Source: an archaeon (lineage in GTDB: Archaea; Nanobdellota; Nanobdellia; Woesearchaeales; GW2011-AR9). From it: a stretch of DNA of 64,000 nt. Positions 49,512 to 59,509 of this stretch are shown here, piece by piece (the first letter of the stretch is position 1; every line of letters begins with the position of its first letter). The DNA lies in NCBI GenBank assembly GCA_002688265.1, contig NZCK01000007.1, positions 33,685 to 97,684 on the forward strand, given 5' to 3'. A program made the translations under genes and the position numbers. A model generated the notes under the pieces. The model saw nothing but the letters and a program-made list of their open reading frames with translations. It had not been told where the DNA came from and did not search any database.

Positions 49512-51071
49512 ATGTATGATATTTTGATTATTAATGGAGACGTGATAGATGGAACAGGGAAGCCAAGATATAAAGCAGACCTAGGAATTATTGGAAAAAA
49601 GATAGTAAAGATAAGAGATTTAAAGAATTCCAAAGCAAAGAAAATTATTGATGCAAAAGATAAAATTGTTTGTCCTGGATTTATAGATATACATTCTCAT
49701 TCTGATTTCTCAATATTAACTAACCCTTTTGCTAATAGCAAAATCCTCCAAGGCGTAACCACAGAGGTTGTCGGAAATTGTGGAGACTCAGCATTTCCCA
49801 TTAGAGAAAGAAATAGAGAAGAAATCCAAGAACTTGTTCAAAATAAATATGGATTTTCGCCCAGTTGGGAAGATTATGAAGAATACGTAAAATTAGTTAG
49901 TAAAAAAGGATGCGCAGTAAACATATTACCATTATTAGGATACAATACACTAAGATCAGCAATTGTGGGGCACGAAGACATTATTCTTTCAAATGAACAA
50001 AAAACTCTAATGAAAACAATTATTGAAGATTACATGAAAAAAGGAGGCATTGGCATCTCAACAGGACTTATTTATTCTCCAGGAACATTTGTTGGAACAG
50101 AAGAGATTATAGAGATGTGCAAGGTTGTTGCAAAACACAATGGGATTTACACAACACATATCAGAGGAGAGGACGAGAGAATAATCAAATCAATTCTTGA
50201 AGCAAATGAAATTGCAGAAAAAGCAGAAATTAGCACTCAGATTTCTCACTTAAAAATATTAGAAGAAGAAAACTGGCACCTTATTGGAGATTTGATTAAA
50301 ATATTAGATGAGAAAATTTCAGCAAACAAAAATATTAGTTGTGACCAATACCCATATACTGCCTCATTTAAAAACCTTAAAGCAATTCTTCCAAATTGGG
50401 CAAAAGAAGGAGGAGACAAAAAAATAATTGAAAGACTCTCAGATAAAGAATCTTTAATAAAAATAGAAAAAGAAATAAAAATAAATCCAGACAAGATCAA
50501 GGTGTCTTTCCTATCAAATGAAAAATTTCAAAATCTTATAGGAAAAAAACTAAGTAGAATTGCAGATGAATTAAAAGTAACCGAATTTGAAGCATTTTCA
50601 ATAATACTAAAAGCAGATATCAAAACAAAAGCCATATTCATAAATCAATCTGAAGAAGTTATTGAGAAACTCATGAAAAAAGACTATGTCATGATTGGTT
50701 CAGATGGTTACGCAAGAAACACACAAGGAATCTTATCAAATGGAGCAAACCACCCAAGAGATTTCGGATCATTCACAAGAGTTCTTTCAAACTATGTTAG
50801 AGAGAGAAAAATTATCTCTCTTGAAAAAGCAATTAAAAAAATGACTTCTTTGCCAGCAATAAAACTAAATCTGCAAGATAGAGGAACTATTGAAGTTAAT
50901 AAAATTTCTGATATAATAATATTTGATGCACTAGAGGTTAAAGACAAGGCAACATTTGACTCTCCAAAACAATATTCAAAAGGAGTAGAAGAAGTCATTG
51001 TTAATGGAAAGCATGTTGTTGAGATGGGCAAAATAAACAACATACTAGCAGGAGAGGTAATTAGAATATGA
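49512..51071 (+). CDS. N-acyl-D-amino-acid deacylase (D-aminoacylase)
   Basis: PGFIDIHSHSD, GVTTEVVGNCG, HIR, SHLK, DQYPY, GSD, HPR motifs. Confidence 0.92.
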   Translation: MYDILIINGDVIDGTGKPRYKADLGIIGKKIVKIRDLKNSKAKKIIDAKDKIVCPGFIDIHSHSDFSILTNPFANSKILQGVTTEVVGNCGDSAFPIRERNREEIQELVQNKYGFSPSWEDYEEYVKLVSKKGCAVNILPLLGYNTLRSAIVGHEDIILSNEQKTLMKTIIEDYMKKGGIGISTGLIYSPGTFVGTEEIIEMCKVVAKHNGIYTTHIRGEDERIIKSILEANEIAEKAEISTQISHLKILEEENWHLIGDLIKILDEKISANKNISCDQYPYTASFKNLKAILPNWAKEGGDKKIIERLSDKESLIKIEKEIKINPDKIKVSFLSNEKFQNLIGKKLSRIADELKVTEFEAFSIILKADIKTKAIFINQSEEVIEKLMKKDYVMIGSDGYARNTQGILSNGANHPRDFGSFTRVLSNYVRERKIISLEKAIKKMTSLPAIKLNLQDRGTIEVNKISDIIIFDALEVKDKATFDSPKQYSKGVEEVIVNGKHVVEMGKINNILAGEVIRI

Positions 51072-52450
51072 AAACAGTAGCAGAGCAACTAATAGATATG
51101 CAAATTGGACAAAGCGCAACATATCTTCTCTCAATCAGAGGTGCCCATCCCGCATATATGGCAACACTATCAGACAGATTAATCGAGGAAGGCAGACATT
51201 TAGGAGACAATGTTGTTAATATAAACATAACCTCAGAACCATCTTCAGACTATGGAGGACATAGAACAGTCTTAGTTACGGATCCAAGAAGAGAAACAAA
51301 TGGACAGATTGGAAATGGATATGTTCACCCAACTCTTGAAGAAGAAGAATTACATGAAATGGTATTTGGAAACTCAGAAACTATTGCTGTGTTAAGACAA
51401 CTAATTGAAGAAGGAAATAGAGTAGTTATTAATCCATATAAAAATTCTTTACACATTGATGGACTTGACATAGCAATTCCAGATATTGAAGTTCTTGGAC
51501 CAACAGGAAATCTTGTTGAAAGTTGGGACAATAAGTTTTACCAGTTCTCAAGATTCCAAGAATCTGGCCTAAATGTTCCACCAGGAGAAATTGTAGAAGG
51601 ATTAAATGAGCTTGAGAGAAAATTAGCGGAAATTGATTCAGAGGAAGGTGCATTTGTAACAATAAAAAATAGTCACTCTGGACTTGGAAGCGCTCGAGTT
51701 AGATCAGTAGAAGATATAAGAAGAAGATTTACAAATCCTCATGAAACTTATTTAATTACTAGTTGGATAAAAGATATTGTATGTGCACCTTGTTGTTTTG
51801 GAATTGTTGGAGATGAAGGAGTATTAGTATTAGATCCCGCAGACCAAATCTTTGAAAACCAAGTCCAATATAGAGGAAACATTTTTCCATCAATCCTGTC
51901 AAGAGAACTGCAAAATAAAGTAAGAGAAGAGAATAGAAAAGTAGGAGAACTTCTTAAAAAAGATGACTATAGAGGAATCTACTGTTGCGATTTTATCAGC
52001 GATGGAAAGGAGATTTACCTCATTGAGGTGAACCCAAGAAAGTTTGGCCACCTCTCTACATTGACACTGATGTACGATGCTGAAGGAAAAGTAAACATCC
52101 CACAGTTAATTTTGAATTCCCATTTCTCTGAACCAATTTTCAATGGAGAAGATAAGCAACAAGTAGGTGTTAATCCAAATTATAATTGGTCAATGTACAG
52201 GATTGTTCAAAATACAGAAACTCCTTTAATTTTGACCAAAGATATTTCTGAATTAGTTGGAGAAACAGATGAAGCAAAAACATTTGACAGTTATGGTGTT
52301 GTTGCAGTAAATCCTTTGGCAGCAGGCACCATCATTCATCCAGGAGCAACGTTGGCAAGATTATGTGTATATCAACCTTCAAGAGAAGATGTGCTTAAGG
52401 CAATTAGATCCACCGAAGCACTTATTAGGCAAAACACGAAACCATACTAA
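51068..52450 (+). CDS. ATP-grasp ligase
   Basis: DNK..Q, GLNVPPG, SGLGS, YRG..CCDF, LIEVNPR; ATGA overlap with the upstream gene. Confidence 0.85.
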   Translation: MKTVAEQLIDMQIGQSATYLLSIRGAHPAYMATLSDRLIEEGRHLGDNVVNINITSEPSSDYGGHRTVLVTDPRRETNGQIGNGYVHPTLEEEELHEMVFGNSETIAVLRQLIEEGNRVVINPYKNSLHIDGLDIAIPDIEVLGPTGNLVESWDNKFYQFSRFQESGLNVPPGEIVEGLNELERKLAEIDSEEGAFVTIKNSHSGLGSARVRSVEDIRRRFTNPHETYLITSWIKDIVCAPCCFGIVGDEGVLVLDPADQIFENQVQYRGNIFPSILSRELQNKVREENRKVGELLKKDDYRGIYCCDFISDGKEIYLIEVNPRKFGHLSTLTLMYDAEGKVNIPQLILNSHFSEPIFNGEDKQQVGVNPNYNWSMYRIVQNTETPLILTKDISELVGETDEAKTFDSYGVVAVNPLAAGTIIHPGATLARLCVYQPSREDVLKAIRSTEALIRQNTKPY

Positions 52451-52483
52451 GATTTATAACAAAGAAAATTATACTAACTGACA

Positions 52484-53089
52484 ATGCAACCATACTTCGC
52501 AACTACAGAATACACTACAGCAGCCTCTGCTGTTCTCAACATCATGAAGATCTTAGACTCTTCTGTTGAAATGTGTCAAAGCGAAGAGTTTCGCATCTGG
52601 CAAAAAACAACCATCCTACCAACTAGAGCTAGCTCAGTATTTGCTCTAGCTAAATACGCTAAAGAAAAAGGGCTGAACGTTAAAGTAATCGCAGCCAAAG
52701 AAGAATATGATTTCCCAGATTACAGATTCTACAGATACAGCAAAGCAGATGTAGATAGCGCAAAGTTAAGCGCTAGACTCCTTCGAGAAGAAGCAATTAA
52801 CTCAGGAGTACCAGTAGAGATTAGAGATTTTGATCTGAAAGAAATCAACTCTGAGTTAAAGAAAGGAAATATTTTACTATTACGATTGAACGTGAAACCA
52901 ATTAGAAATCTAAAACGTAACTCAAGTAATTACATAATCATCAAAGAATTCGATGGTAAAAACTACAACATTATTGACACCGGCAATTCAGCCATGACCA
53001 TCAGCTGCGAAATGCTCCAAGAATGTTTTGAAACATTAGAGTCAAAGAAACATAGAGACCATAGGATGATTGTGTTTTCTAGAGAGTGA
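52484..53089 (+). CDS. Peptidase C39-like (DUF3335-like) protein, catalytic Cys/His apparently lost
   Basis: YFATTEYTTAAS, EFRIWQKTT, LA.YA..KG, NYIII...IID. Confidence 0.6.
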   Translation: MQPYFATTEYTTAASAVLNIMKILDSSVEMCQSEEFRIWQKTTILPTRASSVFALAKYAKEKGLNVKVIAAKEEYDFPDYRFYRYSKADVDSAKLSARLLREEAINSGVPVEIRDFDLKEINSELKKGNILLLRLNVKPIRNLKRNSSNYIIIKEFDGKNYNIIDTGNSAMTISCEMLQECFETLESKKHRDHRMIVFSRE

Positions 53090-53272
53090 TTTAAAGTAAT
53101 TTTTAGGTTTTTTTCTTATTTGAAGACAATATTTAAATTCATTACTAAGTAATTTAGGAGAATTTTCGTTGAAACTAGCTAGCAATTAATATTTTAGCTT
53201 CAAAAGATTTAAATAAGTAAGATATATACATAGTTGTGAAAATATACTTTTTTGTATATTGGATTAGAGTAA

Positions 53273-53429
53273 TTTATTGGGGAGGCTTCGCTCGCTAACG
53301 CTCACTCGGAACGCGGCCGGGCCTAAGTTCCGCCTCTCAACTTCGCCTTTCTTTAAAAGGCTCAGGTCGAGATCAATGTTTGATTTGCTGCTTTGGCATA
53401 TTGGCCGCACGTTCGCCCTCCCCAATAAA
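53273..53429. repeat. Long-hairpin palindromic element, family A copy 2 (inverted)
   Basis: 13-bp terminal IR TTTATTGGGGAGG/CCTCCCCAATAAA; core homologous to 3339-3489. Confidence 0.8.
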
Positions 53430-53447
53430 AACTTAGGAGAAAATAAC

Positions 53448-54218
53448 ATGTGCAGAATATTGATTGCAGCAGGAAAAATAAACAGTGAAGAATTACTTCA
53501 AGCAACAATAGCCATGGCTAAAGATGAAACCTCTACTCACGAATTTAATGAAGCAAATGGCCCTGGATCATGGCAACATGACGACGGATGGGGCATTGCT
53601 TGGATAAAAGACAACGACTGGCAACGATTCAAATCCACAACAGCAATCTTTAATGACCCACAAGTTAGATCTTTCTCAAACCTTGAAAGTGAGTTTATTA
53701 TGATACATGTTAGAAGAAGAATGGGAAGCGAAACTGCAATTGAAAACACACACCCATTTCATATGAACCGTCACGATGTAGGAAATTTTATGTTCTGCCA
53801 CAACGGATACGCAGGAGAAAAGTTTTCATTTTGCCCTAGTTTTAAATTAAAAGGGAAAACAGATTCTGAAAGATTATTTTACTCAATCCTAACAGAAATG
53901 AAAAACCACGACATCAGATGCTCAATCAGAAACGTTTTTACAAACATAGAAACAAAAACAGGAAGTAATGTGGTCTTAGCAAACACAGACAAATCTTTTA
54001 TCGCACTTAAAGAAAATAAATATCCTGTATACTACAGCATGTATATTGGAAGACGTGAAGGATGCGTTGTAATATCAAGTGAAAAATTGAATAAGCTGGA
54101 AGGATTTACTTGGGAAAAAGTTTCTATTGGAGAACTGATCAGTTTAGACCACAGAAACTTAGAAATTGAAAAATTGAAAACTACTGCTTGCCAACAAAAA
54201 CAAATAATTAATGGATGA
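53448..54218 (+). CDS. Class II glutamine amidotransferase (Ntn; YafJ/EgtC-like)
   Basis: Starts MCR (Cys2 nucleophile) after an AGGAG RBS; HDDGWGIA, HVR, ENTHPF, HNG, TDSE motifs. Confidence 0.9.
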   Translation: MCRILIAAGKINSEELLQATIAMAKDETSTHEFNEANGPGSWQHDDGWGIAWIKDNDWQRFKSTTAIFNDPQVRSFSNLESEFIMIHVRRRMGSETAIENTHPFHMNRHDVGNFMFCHNGYAGEKFSFCPSFKLKGKTDSERLFYSILTEMKNHDIRCSIRNVFTNIETKTGSNVVLANTDKSFIALKENKYPVYYSMYIGRREGCVVISSEKLNKLEGFTWEKVSIGELISLDHRNLEIEKLKTTACQQKQIING

Positions 54219-54387
54219 ATATCCCTTTGTTCTAATTAAAAAATATATTTGAATATATGTTATTCCAATAGAGATTAGATTGTATAGGTTATAATATAGA
54301 TTATTACTGTCTTCATTTGATATTTATTCTCAAGCTTACAAATCTTTATATAGAGTTCCCTGTGCAAACCAATTGGTGATAAAACCG

Positions 54388-55998
54388 ATGGAGCAAAAAG
54401 GTTTAGATGAGATAGAAGAATCCTTCTTAGGTGAAGAGATAATTGAAGATGAGGTGTCATTCATGGCAGAGACAAAGACAGCAAAAACTGCAGCGAAAAA
54501 AGCTAAGGCAAGTAAAGCCACTAGCACTGAAAAAGAAACTGCAGCGAAAAAAGCTGAAAAAGTAGAAGTGGTTGAAGTAAAACAAGAAGAAGTTACTATC
54601 AGCCCAGTTGAAAAAGTTCCAGAACCAAAAGTAGATAAGGTTCAGAAAGAAGTTAAAGTTGAGCCAGTTGCTGAAAAGAAAACCGAACCAAAAGTTGAAG
54701 CATGGGGCAAAGACCCAACTGAAGCAAACGGAAGTAATGCATGGGCTATTCTTAGCGGAGTTTTAGTTGTACTGCTATTGATAAGTGTCTTTACACAAGG
54801 TTTTTCCTTTGGAGACAATACTGCATTAAGTGGAGAAGAGATTGGTCTTTCTGCTGCAGAAGAGTTAGTACAAGAATATGTTAACACAAACTTACTACCA
54901 GACCCATTTACAGCAGGTCTTGTTAGTAGTGAAGAGTTGAATGATTTATACAGAGTAACATTAACAGTGAACGGACAAGAAATTGATTCGTACATAACAA
55001 AAAGCGGAGATCTATTCTTTCCACAAGGATTAGAAATTGAAGATGTTGCAGATACAACAGATACCGAACTTGAAGCTGTTGACAGAGTTGATGTTTCAAC
55101 TGACGACGATACAGTTAAAGGTGACCCTAATGCACCAGTTACTATTGTTGAATTCAGTGACTACGAATGTCCTTTCTGTGGAAAATTTTATGATGACACA
55201 TATGCTTTGTTAGTAGAAAATTATATTGATACTGGTATCGCAAAATTGGCATTTAGAGACTTCCCATTATCATTCCATCCCGAAGCTGAAGGAGCTGCAA
55301 TTGCAGCCGAATGTGCCGGCGAACAAGACGCATACTTTGGAATGCATGACTTACTTTTCGAAAACCAAGAAAGCCTAAGTTCTGAGTTATACTTAGCTTT
55401 GGCTGAAGAACTGGAACTTGATTTAGTAGAGTTTAACACCTGCTTAGATGATCCAGCAATGGCAGACGAAGTGGCAGCCGACATGGCAGATGGAAGCTCT
55501 TTTGGCGTTTCAGGAACACCTGCGTTTTTCATTAACGGAGAATTGATTTCAGGAGCACAACCTTACGAAGCGTTTGTTGCAGCAATTGAACGAGCTTTAG
55601 CAGAATTATCTGTTGAAGAGGTAGAAGTTGAAGCAGCTGAGGAAGTTGTTGAAGAGGTTGCTGAAGTTGAGGAAGATGTCGCGGAAGAAGAAACTGTAGA
55701 AGAAGTAGCTGAAGAAGTTGTAGCTTCTGGAGAAACAGTATCTGTTGAACTGACCGCAAAGAAATGGAGATTCACCCCAAGTGACGTTTCTGTTTCTGTT
55801 GGAGATACTGTTGAATTAACAGTTGTTCCAGAAGACTTAGATGATTTTACTTTTAGCATTGCAGATCTTGGTGTAGAAGAAACTATTAGTGGAGAAACCC
55901 TAATTAGTTTTACAGCTACATACACTGGTAGCTTTGAGTACAGTTGTTCAAGTTGCGAAGAATGGCGTGGAATGACAGGTCAACTAGTTGTTGAGTAG
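54388..55998 (+). CDS. Membrane-anchored DsbA/thioredoxin-fold oxidoreductase with C-terminal cupredoxin-like domain
   Basis: EFSDYECPFC, RDFPL, GVSGTP; C-terminal W.F.P...GDTV...F.YSCSSC...MTG. Confidence 0.88.
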   Translation: MEQKGLDEIEESFLGEEIIEDEVSFMAETKTAKTAAKKAKASKATSTEKETAAKKAEKVEVVEVKQEEVTISPVEKVPEPKVDKVQKEVKVEPVAEKKTEPKVEAWGKDPTEANGSNAWAILSGVLVVLLLISVFTQGFSFGDNTALSGEEIGLSAAEELVQEYVNTNLLPDPFTAGLVSSEELNDLYRVTLTVNGQEIDSYITKSGDLFFPQGLEIEDVADTTDTELEAVDRVDVSTDDDTVKGDPNAPVTIVEFSDYECPFCGKFYDDTYALLVENYIDTGIAKLAFRDFPLSFHPEAEGAAIAAECAGEQDAYFGMHDLLFENQESLSSELYLALAEELELDLVEFNTCLDDPAMADEVAADMADGSSFGVSGTPAFFINGELISGAQPYEAFVAAIERALAELSVEEVEVEAAEEVVEEVAEVEEDVAEEETVEEVAEEVVASGETVSVELTAKKWRFTPSDVSVSVGDTVELTVVPEDLDDFTFSIADLGVEETISGETLISFTATYTGSFEYSCSSCEEWRGMTGQLVVE

Positions 55999-56131
55999 AA
56001 TTCTTTGTTTTTTTGTTTTTTTTATTTTATATTTTTTTCTTATTTGTTTTAATTGATTTATATTCTAATTCCTTAATTAATACATTTCAATTTAGTAAAG
56101 TTTATAGATAATAAAGTTCGCTGAAACTACC

Positions 56132-57343
56132 ATGACACACATAAAATTCCTAGAAAAAGTAGCAAGCTTAATGCAGTTAAACGCTGAAGAACAAACCTAC
56201 CTCTCAACACCTGCTAGAATTCACACAGCAACAATTAACCTCTCTGGAGAAGAATGCCCCGCTTTTAGAATTCAATACAACGATGCAAGAGGACCAACCA
56301 AAGGAGGAATCAGATTTCACCCAGAAGTTGATGAACAAGAAGTTACATCCTTGGCTTTTTGGATGTCACTAAAAACAGCTGTAGTTGACATTCCATTAGG
56401 TGGTGCTAAAGGAGGAATACAAGTAAACCCAAAAAAACTCTCTAAAGAACAGCTGCAAGAATTAAGTCGGAAATATATTAGAGCATTTGTCGATCACATT
56501 GGCGTTGACAAAGATATACCTGCGCCAGACGTTTACACCACACCAGAAATTATGGCATGGATGTTAGATGAATTCGAAACAATTACAGGTAAAACTGAAC
56601 CAGGAATGATTACAGGAAAACCCCTAACTGTTGGAGGATCTAAATTAAGAGGAATTGCAACAGCATTAGGAGGAGTATATGTCCTACAAGAAGCATTAAG
56701 AAAAATTAACTTAGAAGGAAAAAGAGTAATCATTGAAGGGTTTGGAAACGCAGGAATGACAGCTGCAAAATTACTCGCTGAAAGAGGTTTCACTATTGTT
56801 GGAGTCAGTGATTCTACTGGAGGAATCTATAATGGTGAGGGATTAAATGTAGAAGAAATTATCAAAGCAAAAAAAGCTACAAGATCAGTAAAAACTTATG
56901 CAGAGGAACATGATGCAATAGAAGTTACTGGCAACGGTATTTTATTTGAAGCATGTGATATATTAGTTCCAGCAGCACTGGCAGATTCTATTACTGAAGA
57001 AAATGCAAATAAAATTAAAGCAAAAATAATTTTGGAACTTGCCAACGGACCAATAACAGCAGCAGCTGATGAAATTTTACACCAGAATAATATTCTGGTA
57101 TTGCCAGACATCTTAGCAAACGCAGGAGGAGTTACAGTTAGTTATTTTGAATGGGTACAAAACAGACAAGGATTCTACTGGGAAAAAGATTTAATTGACA
57201 GCCGATTAAAAAAGAAAATGATGGATTCCTTTAATCAAATCTGGGAAAGATTTGAATCGAACAATTATAGTTTTCGAGAGAACACCTACATTTTATCGAT
57301 TGAAAGAATTTTGATTGCCGCCAAACTTAGAGGAAAAATCTAA
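56132..57343 (+). CDS. gdhA: Glu/Leu/Phe/Val dehydrogenase (glutamate dehydrogenase)
   Basis: GPTKGGIRFHP, GGAKGG, DIPAPD, GFGNAG, ELANGP, NAGGVTVSYFEW. Confidence 0.93.
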   Translation: MTHIKFLEKVASLMQLNAEEQTYLSTPARIHTATINLSGEECPAFRIQYNDARGPTKGGIRFHPEVDEQEVTSLAFWMSLKTAVVDIPLGGAKGGIQVNPKKLSKEQLQELSRKYIRAFVDHIGVDKDIPAPDVYTTPEIMAWMLDEFETITGKTEPGMITGKPLTVGGSKLRGIATALGGVYVLQEALRKINLEGKRVIIEGFGNAGMTAAKLLAERGFTIVGVSDSTGGIYNGEGLNVEEIIKAKKATRSVKTYAEEHDAIEVTGNGILFEACDILVPAALADSITEENANKIKAKIILELANGPITAAADEILHQNNILVLPDILANAGGVTVSYFEWVQNRQGFYWEKDLIDSRLKKKMMDSFNQIWERFESNNYSFRENTYILSIERILIAAKLRGKI

Positions 57344-58245
57344 TGCGAATTCACCATTATGTCCTAATTGCGTTAGGATTTTTTCTAATTTATTTTGGTT
57401 TATTTTCTTCTGCTGTTGATCAAGATTTAGGAGAAGTAGAATATATCATCTTAGATGATTTAGTGATTGGTGAAACAACAATCCCAGATAATAGAGAGGT
57501 GATGCTTGATGCAAAACCAATATTTATTGAAGGCAATTCCAATGAAGCTGTTTTAATATTTCATGGATATCTGGCTAGCCCACAAGAAGTTGCAGAGCTT
57601 GCAGAATATTTAGGAGATAAAAATTATACAGTCCTGGCACCTTTAATGAGTGGCCATGGAAGTCATCCTGAGGCCTTAGCAGAAATTAATTTTGAAGACT
57701 GGCAATCTGATGCCACAACTTACTATCAAGCATTAGATGCAGAGTATGACACCGTGCATGTGATTGGGTTCTCTCTGGGCTCTTTGTCAGCTTTATATCT
57801 TGCTGAACAATATGAACTAGATTCTGTAACGGCCATTGGACCACCATTTTACATTGGACATGAAATGTTAGACAACCTTAATTTGAGTAATGTTTTTCTG
57901 GAACTTGCAGAATATGTGCCAACAATCCCAAACCCAGTTAGCGTAAGTGACACTGTTGTTGGACGAGAACTTTATGATGAGTTCCCATTAGAATCAGTAA
58001 TTGAAATTTTAGAATATTGTGAGTTGGTTGAATCTGATCTAGCACTAGTAACTGAGAAAACATTGTTGATACACGGACAATTTGATACAACAGCAGACCC
58101 AGAAGGATCCATCTTGGTTTATGATTCAATCAGTTCCGAAGAAAAAGAGTTGGTTGAAGTTGCATCATTACACCCCGTTTTAATGGGCATACACAAAGAA
58201 GAAGTGTTTGAAGAGACCTATTTGTTTTTAGAAGAGGCAGAATAA
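57343..58245 (+). CDS. Membrane-anchored alpha/beta hydrolase (carboxylesterase-like)
   Basis: HGY, GHG, GFSLG nucleophile elbow, HG.FD, His; N-terminal TM segment. Confidence 0.88.
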   Translation: MRIHHYVLIALGFFLIYFGLFSSAVDQDLGEVEYIILDDLVIGETTIPDNREVMLDAKPIFIEGNSNEAVLIFHGYLASPQEVAELAEYLGDKNYTVLAPLMSGHGSHPEALAEINFEDWQSDATTYYQALDAEYDTVHVIGFSLGSLSALYLAEQYELDSVTAIGPPFYIGHEMLDNLNLSNVFLELAEYVPTIPNPVSVSDTVVGRELYDEFPLESVIEILEYCELVESDLALVTEKTLLIHGQFDTTADPEGSILVYDSISSEEKELVEVASLHPVLMGIHKEEVFEETYLFLEEAE

Positions 58246-58247
58246 GC

Positions 58248-59414
58248 TCATTCAGCATTAGGTGAAAAATTGTGTTGAGTTGTCATAAAATCACTCACAA
58301 CTGTGTATCTGTCTTTTATTGTTCGAAGATATTCATCTGAAGGATTATAACCTGCAATCCCTGCTTGCACAGAAGGAGAATTAATATCAAAAAAAAGCTG
58401 GTTGCCTAAAAATGCAGAGTATTCTCTGCGCATGTTTAACTGACCAATCAGATTAGTAGTATCTTCCCAATGACTATTGGTTTCTTCTGAATCCATAGTA
58501 TACCACAATAATTTTCCCTTTCTATTTCTAACAGCTGTCTTCCCACTCAAGATTTCTTTCTTCCAGAACTGCTTTAACATTTTTCTAAGCCTAACATTAT
58601 CTTTTTGTTGGGCTCTTCTTAACTGACCCATCTCTTGAAGTAAAACATCATCCCTTGGATTGTCAAAAGCTTTTTTAGCTGCAACAATATCTTTATACTC
58701 TTTCTCTACAGTAGCATACCTTACTTTTCGATCCTCAAGATTCTCTTGATACTCACTTAGAGAAAAATCTTCAGTTGCAATCACTGAATCTAAATCACTT
58801 AAAATATCTGAACTCATTTCTGAAAAAGCCAAATTATGCATGGCAATATATCTCTCATTTCCAGCAACTGCCCTTGACTCCAAAGATCCAGGATTTAATG
58901 TTGCTACCTTAGATCTTCCTAGTTTGTTGAACCCCCCAGGCACACTTAGCATACTATACATTGTCTCAAGAAAAGCAATTTCTTTTACTTGACCAGAACC
59001 ACAAGCTGGAGACCTGGCATTTGAACAACGCATAACCGCAAAATCGCTTCCTTCTCCAACCTCAGTATACAATTGAGCAGCAATAAAAGAAAAATCTGTT
59101 GGAACTAATTCCGTATACTGCCTAATCAAATCTTGATTTGTGACAGTTGCTTCCAAAAGCATTCTATCTTCATTTGATAATTCATGATGACTGGCAAGAT
59201 ATTCCGGCAATAATTCTTCTAGATTAGGAATTGCTCTAATTTGACTGTTATTAGTAACTATAGCAGTTGTAAGTTCTGAAGAAAGTTCTAAATTTTCTGC
59301 AGCTCCAGCACCCTTATCTGAACAAAACTGGGATTTAATTACAGCACCTAAACCTAACAAAGAAGCAGCCAAGATACCTGCTGTTGCAACCCTTAGTCTT
59401 TTGTTTTTCATCAC
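58248..59414 (-). CDS. Secreted/anchored protein with divergent lytic-transglycosylase (SLT)-like motifs
   Basis: N-terminal signal anchor; FIAAQLYTEVG...NARSPACGSGQV and AGIAGYNP...YLRTI. Confidence 0.5.
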   Translation of the reverse strand: MMKNKRLRVATAGILAASLLGLGAVIKSQFCSDKGAGAAENLELSSELTTAIVTNNSQIRAIPNLEELLPEYLASHHELSNEDRMLLEATVTNQDLIRQYTELVPTDFSFIAAQLYTEVGEGSDFAVMRCSNARSPACGSGQVKEIAFLETMYSMLSVPGGFNKLGRSKVATLNPGSLESRAVAGNERYIAMHNLAFSEMSSDILSDLDSVIATEDFSLSEYQENLEDRKVRYATVEKEYKDIVAAKKAFDNPRDDVLLQEMGQLRRAQQKDNVRLRKMLKQFWKKEILSGKTAVRNRKGKLLWYTMDSEETNSHWEDTTNLIGQLNMRREYSAFLGNQLFFDINSPSVQAGIAGYNPSDEYLRTIKDRYTVVSDFMTTQHNFSPNAE

Positions 59415-59509
59415 TTTGTGGTGATGGCGTCTTTTTTATAAGGTTTTTGATTATTATTATAGAAAATTTCCCCAACCCTTTAAATACTACTTATCTTTGT
59501 TTTTTGCTT

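Noticed and set aside
53277-53447. N-terminal extension of the amidotransferase ORF and the antisense ORF 53264-53449
   Set aside because: These are translations of the family A element. Ntn enzymes need Cys at position 2, so the start is 53448.
59384-59509. N-terminal extension of aspS, and similar extensions at 42770, 43907, 47525 and 1109
   Set aside because: They run through AT-rich promoter DNA; conserved N-termini begin at downstream ATGs.
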